Shown in pieces: positions 13,253 through 25,400 of a DNA stretch of 39,982 nucleotides. The notes beneath the pieces were generated by a model. That model did no database searches, was not told where the DNA came from, and saw only the letters and a program-made list of their open reading frames with translations. A program made the position numbers and the translations under genes. Source of the stretch: Pelomyxa schiedti (Eukaryota; Protista; Evosea); assembly GCA_020536535.1 (NCBI GenBank), contig JAHLWZ010000942.1, forward strand, positions 1-39,982. The letters run 5' to 3'. The first letter of the stretch is position 1. Every line of letters starts with the position of its first letter.

Positions 13253-13460
13253 GCACCACCACCCAAGCTGCTCCCAAATGCACCCAAAGCTGCAACCACC
13301 ACCCACTTTGCTCCAAATGATGCTCCCAAATGCGCCGCTCTCAAATGCACCCAAAGCTGCAACCACCACCCACTTTGCTCCAAATGCGCCGCTCCAGATG
13401 CTCCCAAATGCGCCGCTCCCAAATGCACCCAAAGCTGCAAGCCCACTCTCCAAATGCACT
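13253..13460. repeat. Imperfect minisatellite with a CCAAATGC core
   Basis: caaatgcacccaaagctgcaa occurs three times (twice followed by ccaccacccactttgctccaaatg), interleaved with caaatgcgccgctc units. Confidence 0.85.
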
Positions 13461-13600
13461 GCCACTCCACACTGCACTCCAGGTTCCGTCTGAACTCCCA
13501 TTACGTGCTGTATGCTCCGCCTGTTCTTTGCCGGTGCATCTTATCCGCCTTCTTTTTTTTTTAATTGTAAGTTTTTTCTTTTTTCCTTAAAAACGAAACA

Positions 13601-13615
13601 TTTTGGCGCGGAAAA
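13601..13615. promoter_or_regulatory. E2F-consensus-like, near-palindromic site TTTTGGCGCGGAAAA
   Basis: Contains TTTGGCGC (TTTSSCGC consensus) in AT-rich DNA, next to an A-rich minus-strand leader. Confidence 0.3.
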
Positions 13616-13920
13616 TTTTGCTCCCAGGATAGAGTCCGCCTCTGGTTCTAGACAGCATTCTGGTGACAAGAACAACGAGATTAATGGCTGATAAGGTGCT
13701 TGATATTCCTTCCCTCCCTGCTTGTAGATTACAGTCCAGTTGTACGACTCACACCCACAATTAAACAAGATCGGATGTGATAACAAACACCTTTTAACAA
13801 GAGTTTCCTTGATAGGTTGGGAATGATGGTGAAATTCTCACTGTTGGGGGCACGGTTATGTGGTACCTTACCAAAGTGAGCGTGGGATTGAATTAGATTA
13901 CAAAAGAGACAAACCTGACG

Positions 13921-16117
13921 TCATTTGTCATTTTCTTGTTTTTGGTCTGGTTCTGTATTCTCTGTTGTTTCAGTTATCCTGAATGTAAGACGTGGAGGTA
14001 GTGGTTCTTTTCTGTGGTCCAAGGAGTAAATGGTCTTCCAGCTTCCGGAGCAGCGCACGTTCTTGGTTGTCTGTGGCTTGCCGCAAGGCCTAGCGGAGCA
14101 TGTTACCTGTAGAGGAAGGGTGGTGACATGGGACGTAACATAAATAAATCAGGATGGATGTGACATGATACATGATAATGGTAGTAATTATCGAGGGATG
14201 TTGAGATGCACATTAAATGAATTGGGGATGGGGGAATTACCCTAAATGACCTGAATACTTGTGTCGGATTGAGATACTTTACTGACAACGCAATGTTATG
14301 CTGCCTTCCCCAGGTTACTTTGATATTCATAGAAGTATTTGCAGTGATTGGTATTGTGCAACCACAGATGTTTGCTCCCTCGTCCAGTCCTTCAACCTTC
14401 ACCAGAATAGATTTATCCTTCTCCACGCGAGTCTGAATCAGTGGATCCACTGGGGTAACTAAGTCACTAAGATTTTGGGGCAGACAACATAGAACCAACC
14501 TGCTTTTTCTAGCAACTGAAATTGGTGACACACTAGGGAAAGCTTCTTCCTTTCGTTGCACGGAACCATGCGAAAGATTTCCATCATAACATCATGTGGT
14601 AAGTCGAAAATACTCACTCCTAGATTATTACGTTACCAACCTTGTGAGTCTTAGAGTTTACATACTGCTTTCCGTCATAGGATCTGCAATTTGCGACATC
14701 TTCATTTGAGAATGTATACCACTGAGCTCCTGCAGGGTGGCTTTAATTATTCCCTATGCCAAATGTGAGCTTTCATTGTTGGATGATATTTTGTCTTGAA
14801 CCTCAGCAGACCTGAAGCCACGCCGTTCACTAACATCGCCACTCACTATCTGCACCAAATGTTCATTGAAACATTGCCGAATTACATTAATACCTTGCGA
14901 ATTTTACGCTTTGGCCCCCTAGCTTGGGGTTCTTCAGAAGGAGGGGTTGACCAGGATGCACGTTCATGAACCAAAGTCATGAGGAGCTTATTTTGCAAAG
15001 AGTGGATTTCTCTTCCCACTTCGTTATGCCCCCAAGATTGATTTGAGAATTTGAAGTACTCGTCTTGAAGAACAGCATTTGGTTGCAACTTTGAGGCATC
15101 ACCAGGTACTTGACAGACTTTGTTTTGGGTCTTGGCTCCCTCTGTTTTATTCTTGTTCTTCTTGGAGGGCATCTTGATAGAGATTCTTTGACTGGGTACA
15201 GGGATTTTAAATGGAGTTGCAGGAGCCAGGGACGGTAGCTTCTTCTTCTTCTTCTCAGAACGCGGCCCTTTGTTAGGTTTATTACCCTTTGTTGCCTTGC
15301 CATTCTTTTCTGGTTCGATCTTGATCTCTTTGACTCCTTTGATCTGGCCTCGCCGATCTCGCTTGCGATTGCGCCGCCTCTTCACCGCCACTTGAACAGG
15401 AAGTTCCTCTGTGGTTCCCACGGCCCCCGCTTGCTTGGCCTCGCCCTCCTGAGAGAATCTCGCCAGCCGACCGCCACTATCTGAGCCCGAGCCTCCCCCC
15501 GCGCGACTCCCAGCCCCAGTGCCCTGGATCCCTGTCGACGACGACGACCCCATGTCCTCACCCTTCACCAAATTTGTTCCCTCCTCCTCCCCCCCTCCGC
15601 ACACCAATGGGTCTTCTCCCCTCCCAGGGTACTCGGCCTCAGCCTCACCCCCATCTCCCATCTCACTTTCCACATATCTGATATCTCGGTCTCCATCTCT
15701 GTCACCGGTACTGACACTGGCACTGGCACTGGCACTTTTGGGTTCCGGCACCGGCTCCATTTCCGCTTCCGTTTCCCGGCTTGGCAATTGCAACTGCGCA
15801 GCGGCGGCGCTCCCGCTTGTGTCTGGGCCCCTGTCCTCTAGGTTCCATTGGGAGACCTTGCCTTCCGATGCCAGCCCCGCGTCTTGTGGCTCGCGGTCGT
15901 CCCCGTTTTCCTTTTTCACGTTGGTGTCGCGCGCAGCCACGGCGGCGCTGGGCTCGGCGCCTGCGCCGGTCGGACGCCCTCCGACGTTGTCGTACGGGCG
16001 CTCGACCTTGAATGCGCCGTGGACGCTGCCGCTGGGAGTCGGGGCGTGGCCTGTCGGGGGAGGGAGTTGTTCTTGTGCGTCCATGGATTGGCCTTTACCA
16101 CTGTTGTCCACCCACAT
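13921..16117 (-). CDS. Uncharacterised protein: long acidic/Gly-rich disordered N-terminus, basic NLS-like stretches, small beta-rich C-terminal domain
   Basis: Roughly 400-codon first exon with KRRRNRKRDRR and KKKKK; downstream GT-AG exons join in frame (RSAE|GIIKATLQEL; SFR|VTCSARP..LTFRI). The 3' end is uncertain. Confidence 0.6.
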
Positions 16118-16462
16118 TTTTTGTTATGCTTTGATTGTGTGCTCAGCATACTGCCGCTACTACGGCTCCTAGTCATCAATATCTGCGTCTTTTCGGAAAG
16201 GGAAAAGGTGCGAAGCCAGCCCAACCAGAGTGTCCAAAGTATTTCTTCTGTTGGCCGAAAAACACTCCACAGTGGCCTGAGGGTTGGTCTCAGTCTCCTG
16301 CTGAACCCAGCGAAGGGAATCAAATGTTTTAGAACAGTTGCAGAAACTTGATTGGCTTAATTAATTCACGGAGTACTGTGACACTTTGAACGTGCCTGGA
16401 CCACGAGCGATAGATCATAACATAAAGCACAAGGACAAGGACTACTACCACCAATCGTTAAA
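16118..16462. promoter_or_regulatory. Divergent promoter region, unknown gene / UTP20
   Basis: 345 nt between oppositely oriented ATGs. Confidence 0.5.
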
Positions 16463-19400
16463 ATGTGGCCCGAATCAGATGACGAGAACAACGAATCTAA
16501 GGGCTCAAACGCCAGCAAATTGCCGCAGGCAACGAAAAAAAACCTCAAGAAATTGACTCCAAAGCCGCCTCCAGGGCCCAAAGAGCGGCATTTCCGGAAA
16601 TTTCAGGTTTTGTTTTTTTAAATTTCTGCACGTGCGTTGGACTTTTCTCACCCCTGCTGCAGTTCCTCAAGTTTGCTGATAAAATAGCACAAATCAAGCT
16701 TGATGTCTTCAAGCCTCTGGAACCTTCCCACGTTCATGAATTAGATACTGGTACCCCTTTTTTCGTTATTTATTGGGCTTTTTTTCTTTCTTACCCTTTT
16801 TCTTCACCCTCAATACTCTTAGATTCGCCATGCCATTTTTTTGACACACTGCACTTGTGGAAGTCAAAAGACCTCTCACAGTCTTTTATTGATTTGTCTA
16901 ATAGAATTGTATCTCTTTTAACCCCGCGGTTGTGTAATTAATGCACTACTGCAGAATTCGTATTGTCAGTCTATAAAACTACTACTCCACCATAAAGATA
17001 AAGTTGTACACGAATTATTGCGAGCTATGGAAAATGTTACCCTTCCAATAACCAAACAAGCACTTTATGAGTAAGCGGCTGTTTAACTTTATGCTCCGTT
17101 AATATGACTGTAGGCTGATAGCTAGTCTGGCATGTGACCTTTGTGGAGAGCTCTATGAGCATTTTGAAGAAATTATGGATGTTTTGATGAACACACTCGA
17201 CACAACAGATGCTCCCTCTCTGGAGCATTTTTTCACCGCCGTTTGCTACTTATTCAAATACCTACGGAAACAGCTGTTACAAAATTTGCCTACTCAATTC
17301 AGGTACTTCCTTGTTTAACAAATATTTGTCTTACCCACTACGTAAGTCTATTCCGTCGACTGCTTGGGCACAAAAAAGACTTCATCAGACAATTTGCAGC
17401 AGAAAGCTTTTCTTACCTTCTGCGCCATGTGGATCCAAATGATTTACAAGGACTCCTAGAAAAATTCATGGCTCCACAGCATTTTGTTGAGGAAAACCTT
17501 TCCTTAGCACAAGGAATAGGTTCCTTATTGTTTGAAACTGTCAAGGTTCTCTATGAAAGCCTCTTCGTATTTTTTGACTGTGTCTCAGGGTGTAAAATCC
17601 AATTTCAATTTGCACTTGAGTAGTGTTTTGTCTACCATGTCCAAGTTGCTAGATTGGAACAGCGAGTCAGAAATCAGTGATGAACTTCAAACTTCAGGTT
17701 ACCTCCTTTTTCCCAATGGAGGTTGGTTGATTTTTTTTTTTTTTTTCAGTTTTGGAGCAACGCTTTGTTGTGTATGACCAAATGACTACCCAGATGCGTC
17801 ATCATGTTGCGTACACTGCCAACAACGATATTTGGTTTGTGCTAGAGGACAACTTAATTAGAGTTGCTGACATGTGGGCTTTCCTTGCCGCAAAAGATGA
17901 TACAAAAGGTTAATTTCCAAGACAAAAAAAACCCATGTTTTGAAGCCCACTTCTTACAGCCTGTGCATTGAATGCCTCTGGCAAAGAGTTATCACATTTG
18001 TTGTATGACTTAGTATTCTGGTTGGATCACCACAACGGTGATATTTTCCCCAAACCCCCACATGTCCCACCAGTATGCCATAACGTCCTAAAGAGGATAA
18101 TGCAACCTGTCATGGGAAACTCAACTTCCTACTACTCACATATCCTTTTCCCACATTCCGCCACTGCAGCAACGTTGAAACTCCTGAAAAAAGCAAGCTC
18201 TATTCATGGGGCTGTACCGAAACCAGACTTGGACATTTTAAAAGTGGCAGTGTTTGAGACTGCTGGCAGTCCTGAACCTATTCTTGACTATTTTCTTACA
18301 TTCTGGACTGCAGCAGTGGATATAGTCAGTCTTGTCAAGTATAAGTACAACGGAAAAACTCTATCTTATGTCCTAAAGGTATCTGGAGCAAATTGTTGAT
18401 ACGTACACCCCTCATGTCTGCTATTTCTTGATACGACTGCATGAAAACTTCAAAGATAACCCCGAGTCACTTCTTCCAAGCACCCCAAAGATTACAGAAA
18501 CTTTTGTCAAAGTTCTTGATACACAGAATACTCCGGTATGTGCTCCACCACTTTTCTATATACAACAAAACCTAAGCACATTACAGGCAAATTGCATGCT
18601 CATTTGGGGCATTCTTCAGGCTTTCCTCTATGTGAAAGTAGATGAGGGGGATACAACAAAAGTCCTCGAATCACTCCGAAGAGCACTTAAAACGCTGTAT
18701 TCTTCTGAAGAATGCGATCCTGGTGCGTTCATTGTGTTTCGTTTGCCATTAACAATTCTAAGTTTTGGCCTCTACATCGTTTAATACTTTGTGGGTAAAA
18801 ACAAACGAGCTAAAACCATCGAAACTCCCTTCTTTGGCTGCTTACGCTCTCAACTTGATAAAAAAATACCCTGCGGATTGGAAATCACTGAAATATGTTG
18901 CTGATTACATGGACCTGAATAAGCCAACGTAACATATTGTATGCTTTGGTGTTCTTACACTTAGTAGCAAGTTAAAAAGTTGGGATCCTGAAGAAGTATT
19001 AGAGATCTTGGCATCAAGCCTGTAGGTTCTGGCGCATTTACCTTCACTAACATCGTTCCACAGCCTGGTTCCACACAGACAAGCTCGCAAGAATGCTTTA
19101 CGAGTTATCAGCCACTTCTTACCAGAATCTGAAGTACAATCACCCTTCTTGCCTCACGTTTCACCTTTATCTTTGTCACAGGTTGTGAATGCCATGCTGA
19201 CAATTGATGAATGCCGGTATTACACTCCCTCTTCCTCCTTCTTTCTTTTACACGAGCGTGCAGCCTCAATTTAGAGGACGAACGAGAGATTATTCTGCAG
19301 CTTGAACAAATACAGAAACATGTTGGCACCCTTAAAAAAGGTGCTGCTGCGGTTGTATGCCGTTTCCTACTTGGTATGTCAAGCTGTAATGTTGTTAGTT

Positions 19401-22400
19401 TATTCAATTGGGGTTAGGTGTCCTGATGTTAAAATTCACTACGGTCTGGGATGCAGCAAAAAAAGCCTTCACACTGATCGCTGAAGCTCACCCAGATTCA
19501 TCTTGGAATGTGCTCTTTGGCGAAGTTCTGGACAATTACAATATAAGTTTGCACAATAAACTGAAGGACCAACTTCTAACCTCCCTTCCCTGGCAGCCTT
19601 CAATCCTGAAACTGCATTTGTCCCCCCACCACACCTCATACTCAAGTCACATTACAATGCTCCACTTTACACTAAGGAAGACCGAGAGGGATCCCTGTCC
19701 CATCCAGATCAAAAAAGGCGCAGATCTCTTTTTCTTCAAGCCAAAATAGGTGTGCCTTCTTTTCTTGCACTCTGAGGCGAATTGACTTGTTTCAGATAGG
19801 AATAAGAGTGCAGACTCAAGTAGTACAGTAGGGTTTAACCCACTCACAAATACAGCCTACTCACAAAGATAGGATCTAGCACCACTGTTTGAGAAGGAAA
19901 GAGATGTGGAGGACCTAGATGGAGCTGTATCTCGAGGACTGTACTCGAAAAACCTTTGGTTATTGATGAGAGGTTGCCTTGAAATGTCTTTACTTTACTT
20001 AATTTGAAAAGGATTGTCACGTCTTGCGGAGCAACATCATAGTGACTTCCTCCCATTTTTCTTTTACTTCTTTGACAATGAATTTCGTGCCCATTTCCGT
20101 GGATGGACTGATGTAAAATCATTTTCTCCAGTTGCTTAGGAGTTAATTTTCTGGAAGGACTTCAGTGGAGAATCCTCAAATCTTAGGAGTCATGTTGGAA
20201 CAGGTCTTGTGAGTGTAACTATGGAACATATACTGTCAATCCTGAGTGCATTCCGGAAATTGCCCCAAGTGCCAGAGTCTGAACGAGCTAAAACCTATTT
20301 TTGGAAGTACTGACAACAACCCCAAATATCTCATTAAACTTACGCCAACTCCTAATCACACAAGTATTTTGGGACAAAATGAACCAGAACTCCAAAAGAA
20401 GGCTTTCTCTTGTCTTATGAAATGGAAATCACCTGTCACACACTACCGCAATTTGTTGGAGAATATGATTAATATTAAGGGACTTAGGTCAGTGACAATA
20501 GCTTTTCAAATGTAAGCATACTTATTCAATCAGCAATGGTCTTGAAGCTTTGAGGCTATATGATCCTGCTGTTGTAAAACCAGAACACCGCCACGACTTA
20601 ATTCCATACCTCATCCGGATATTACTTCCTTATGTAACATCAAGAGGAGGAGAAAGAATAAGAAAAGTACATTGACATCAAGTTGATTGAATGACACTTT
20701 TTAGGGGCGTGTTATACAATCTCTTGTGTTCAATTTCATTGGATCTTTTGAACTTAATGAAATGCGCGTTTTCTTGAAATATGCACTTCATTCTTATACT
20801 CAAGTACTTGAAGGTAGTTGCCCCTTGATGAAGTTTTCTTGTTGATTACTATTAGGTGTACCTTTTGAAAAGGTTACCATACCCGTGTACAAACAAGTCG
20901 GGGGTCTAAGAATGATTAAACTTATGATTACAAAGCTTGGCTTGCAACTTAGAAAGTTTTTGCCATGCCTCCTAGATCCAATTTTGTATAGCTTGCAGTT
21001 TTGTCTGAGTGGACAAGGCGATTTTGCTGGCAGCTGTTTCTATCTTGTTGAGAGAATTCTTCAACAGTACCCTGCTCTTGATGATCTTGCACGAATGGGG
21101 CGGTTCCTGGATATCTGTAAAGATGCCATAGAATTGATGCGGGCCCCAAAAAAGATATCGGGTTTGTTCCACATTTTGATGGTGATATCACAGAACCCAG
21201 CTCTCCTTTGTTTGTTAAACAAGTAAGCACTCGTACTGTAACCCAGGCCGGCTCACCAAACCAATTCATGTAGGAATCCTGTCATAGTACCAAATATTTT
21301 GACTTTCTTGATGGTAAAATCTGTATCTCCTGAAACGAAGGAAGAAGTACTGCAGTTCGTTGAGCGAGTTATGGAAGGTACTGTTGCAAAGCAAAACGAT
21401 GCAATTGAGATCGTCCTTGCAAATGCCCTGGCAATCATTGCTGGAATAAAGAGCCTCTTATTCTACAAGATGCCTCGGTATGTCTCCCCTACAGATAGTA
21501 TCAATTTACTTGAAAAAGTTCATCCTACCGGGCAAAAAATAATTGGTGGAAACGAGGCCTTAAGATACTTGAAGTCTTGGCATCATTCATTAAATACCCA
21601 GAGCAATCCTCTGTATTACTTGGCTTGCTGATTGACAATCTCAACAGATTTGGGGATGGTAAGAGGTCCCATAAAAACTTCACCTGCTCAGTGTATGACA
21701 GATGAGGATTTGGGAAATGTTCTCAGCATCATATTGACATTGTCCAAAGTTTCGACATTGTCATCAGTTATTCCGGCACTGGCACCAATGTTTTCATCTC
21801 TGGCCAACAAGGGAAAACGGGCTGTTCTAATGGATTCATTGAAGAATCTAACCAAAGGGTCTGCCTCCTTGACCCCAGTGGTTTGTTGTACAATTTCCTT
21901 AACCATTTCACATTGAAAACAGGTGGATGCAATTGCAGAACTAAACGGCTGTAACCCTCCAACTGAACCGGCTTTCCTCCGCATCAAAGAGTGGTCGCGT
22001 CCCCTGGACTCAGTACAAGTTTCCCTATTCATACATAACATGCTATGGTGGATGTGCAGCGACGACAAAAAGGAAAGGTACCAAATCCTAATTACTAACA
22101 ACTTTCTGTTTATAATTTTATTTATACAGAACAATGGCGACTGAGGCATGCTGCAAAATAATTTGTGCAGCCGTTGAACAAGATAAGGGAATTATATTGA
22201 GGCTTCTAAAGAAAACTGTTGTACCTTGGGCATACTCTACACTGACTGATTCTACTCAAAGGCATTTAAGACAGGTCTGACCCCTACCATCATCACCACG
22301 TAACAGTCTCTAGGGGTTCCTCATCTTGCTCACCATAATTGGTCGCTGCCTTGAAAGCGACTTTGCAGATATTGCAGTGCTTGCCACATTAGGCAAACAA

Positions 22401-25400
22401 CCTGCAGGGCAGGAAAACCTTGCACCCACTGCCTTGCCAATACCCTCAGATAGAAACAGTGTTCTGGTAGCGCTCACCAGTGGAGTGACTGTGAAAAGAG
22501 TTACTGCGTTGAAGATTATTCAAGCCAAACTTGGGGATATCCCTGTGGTAATATCACCTGAACAATTTTTCTCTAACCACACAACAGAGATTAATCACTG
22601 ATACCCTAATTCCTATGCTTTGCACATTTGTAGAAGAATCTTCAAAGGATTTCGAAGAGTATCAGAACACCCTCATTCAAGTACTCATTTCTTCCCTATC
22701 CTCATCCTCTATAATTTTGTTTTAGACCGTTGGTATGTGCCACGCACATATACCATGGATTGCATATTTCCGAAGTCTAAGCAAGTACATCAACAAGGTA
22801 AAAATGCTTTATTTCACCCACAGTAATTTATGGTATAGATAAGGGAGGGAAAAATGGTGCAAAAAGCTATTGCCATCATTGAAACAATTATTTCCAACTT
22901 TAACTTCCAAGTCCAAACATCACACTCCGAAATGAGTAAAGAATATCATGCTTCACCTCCCAAGCGTCGCAGGACTAGCTCTACCACTTTAAAGGCGGAA
23001 ACAAAGAAAAGTAAAGCCTCTGATGATATTGAATTGGTAGACGAGGCCAAGTTCTTCTCTGATGAAGAAGGGGAAGAAGACCCTATTGAAGATGAAAGTG
23101 ACAGTGATGGGGATAGTGGTGAGGAGAGTGACAAAACAGATAGGACAAGAAACCGAAAACGGAAAAGAGAGGGACCCCATAAGAAAGAAGCAAAAAACAC
23201 ACCACTCAAAAACGATGAACTTTTTGAAGAGGAAGAAATTGAAGATGGAGATGAAGAGGACACTCTTGAAGACAAAAAGCCCAGTGAAGACATTCATGAG
23301 CATTTACTGGTTACCTTCCTCATTCTGGTACCTGTGCTTACTCTTCTGTAATAGTCTGACAGTGACCTTGGCATTGTACTAATTAGTGACCTCACCCAAC
23401 TGATTTCCGATGAGGACAACAGACTTGGCAGCCTCAGCACTAAGATAATATCACCCCTTGTAGGTTTGTTGATGAAATTGCCACCTGAGGCGGCAGAGAC
23501 TAGGATACGACAACTCATTACAAGTTAGTCTGCCTATCTATCAGCATTACGATATCTTATCATATGTAGTGCTCGCCACAAGATTAAGGTCCAAAGATCA
23601 GGAGGCACGAAACATTGCACGAGAGACACTAGTAAAAGTCGGGTGCACCCTTGGTCCACATTACTTTAAAGAAATTGTATTCTCAGCAGCAGGGATGCTT
23701 GATAAAGGATTTCGGGTGTGCTCCTGAACGCTCCTGAACTCGAGGAGTTGTTGTAATCCTCCTGGTGTAGGTCTCTGTTTTTTCTTATACTCTCCACGAA
23801 ATAGTGGCCGCCATAGTACCTCAGTTGAAGCCGGGTGATATAGATGATGCGGTACCTATTATATCAAAGGTACGATGTTCCCTCAAACACAATATTTTAA
23901 CTTTCTTGGAAAGGCTTGCCTTGATGACATCACGGCAAGAGCACCTTCTGTTCTCCGCAATACTCCCAATCTCACATTAGACATGCTCGAAGCCCAGAAA
24001 ATTATGGTAGGAATTCTTTTTTCATCTGTGATCTCATGAATTTTTCAGTCCTACGACACATTAAAACTCCTTGCTTCTATTGTACTCTTTGGCAATGTGT
24101 CGAACTCCTTTGGCTCTGTATCACTGTTACTGACTCCAATTGTAAATTTATTGCGAATGGCCACAACAGATGAAACTGCGTTGCTAATATGTATAAAATC
24201 CATGCATTTTGAAATGAAACTCACCCCTGAAAGCCAAAATATTCAAGAGCCTTAGTGAAGGTTTCACACAGAATCCCTCAGTGAAGCTCAAAAACCTGTT
24301 ACCATTCTTGCATCTTATCATCACCAGTAACACGTATAGTATACACCAAAGTATTGTCAATGGTAAGTAAAAACTTTCTCCCTCGAGTCAAACTTACTCC
24401 CTTGCAAGATGAAGAAACGGAAGAGATACAAGCTGAACAAGCCAGTTCGCAAAATGCTAGAGCTTGGAAAACAGCCGCGGAAGCTTCAAAAGCAAGCTAC
24501 TTACTTCCTCCTCCAGCGTCACCTTATCACACAGGTAATTTTTCCTAAGTTCATAAAGGGAGTTTTCACATGAGACAGGCAAAGTTAATACTCTAAGTAC
24601 AGCACACCATTTAGCTGAATTCGGCTTGGGAATGCTGGCTGAAGCACTCCAAAAGAAGTTGCATTCATCCTTTCTTCTGTTTTCATTCCCATTCTCATGT
24701 CATTCCAGAGGAGAAATTATAACTTCGACTCATATTAAAATGCTGGATCCATTTATCAAAGTTCTCGCAGAATGTTTGGAGGATACACATCCTGTTCTGG
24801 TTTCTTTAGCCCTTCAGGTTTCTTCCTCTCTCTCTCTCTCTTTTTTTTTTTTTGCTCACTCATCTTTCTCAGTGTCTTGATGTCATGCTGCAATACCCTA
24901 TCCCAACGCTTCAGAAGTCTATTTCAAAGCTCTACCTTTGGTGTATAAATCAGCTGCAGCAGCCAACAACTGAGGATACCTTACGAGAGAGTTGCTTGCG
25001 TCTGATTTATAGAATACTCCGATTAGAGCGAAAAGCACAAGAAAATTTCGTGACACCATCCAAGCTTGCTCAAATTGTATCCCTCATCCGGCCATATGTT
25101 GAAATGACTTCAGTTGTACATTTATCCCAACACCGAAGTGTAAATGTCTATGCCCATAAGTTTGGATCAGGCCTTTCCTTGAAGCAGGATCTCTCCTTCC
25201 GCATCCTTCAGGTGCAGTTCCAAACATTTCACCTTTCAATCCTAATCAATGGCTTATTTAGACAATCATTTACCAACGCCCTGACGTTATGTCAATGGAA
25301 TTTATTGAATATCTTTTCCGACTCATGCTGTCTTCACCATCAGCGCCGGTACGCTCCGCTTGCGAGGACTGTGTCTTCAATTTCCTTGAGCGTGCAACAT

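Noticed and set aside
13136-13590. Several 80-140 aa ORFs over the minisatellite; CRISPR-like array
   Set aside because: The ORFs reflect stop-poor repeats that shift frame; there are no unique spacers or cas genes, and the DNA is eukaryotic.
14730-14802. Possible 30-nt GC-AG intron or TAG readthrough
   Set aside because: A canonical GT..AG intron (GAG|GTTCAA..GCTCAC..CATAG|GGA) explains the frame.
15519-16351. ORFs 15519-16172 +, 15848-16351 + and 15916-16323 -
   Set aside because: They overlap the GC-rich first exon of the unknown gene and show no motifs.
20087-20157. Apparent in-frame TAG in UTP20 suggesting stop-codon reassignment or a 27-nt intron
   Set aside because: A 45-nt intron 20113-20157 (GT..AAG) removes it in frame, and TAG is a normal stop in ARF1, ORC4 and the C2 gene.
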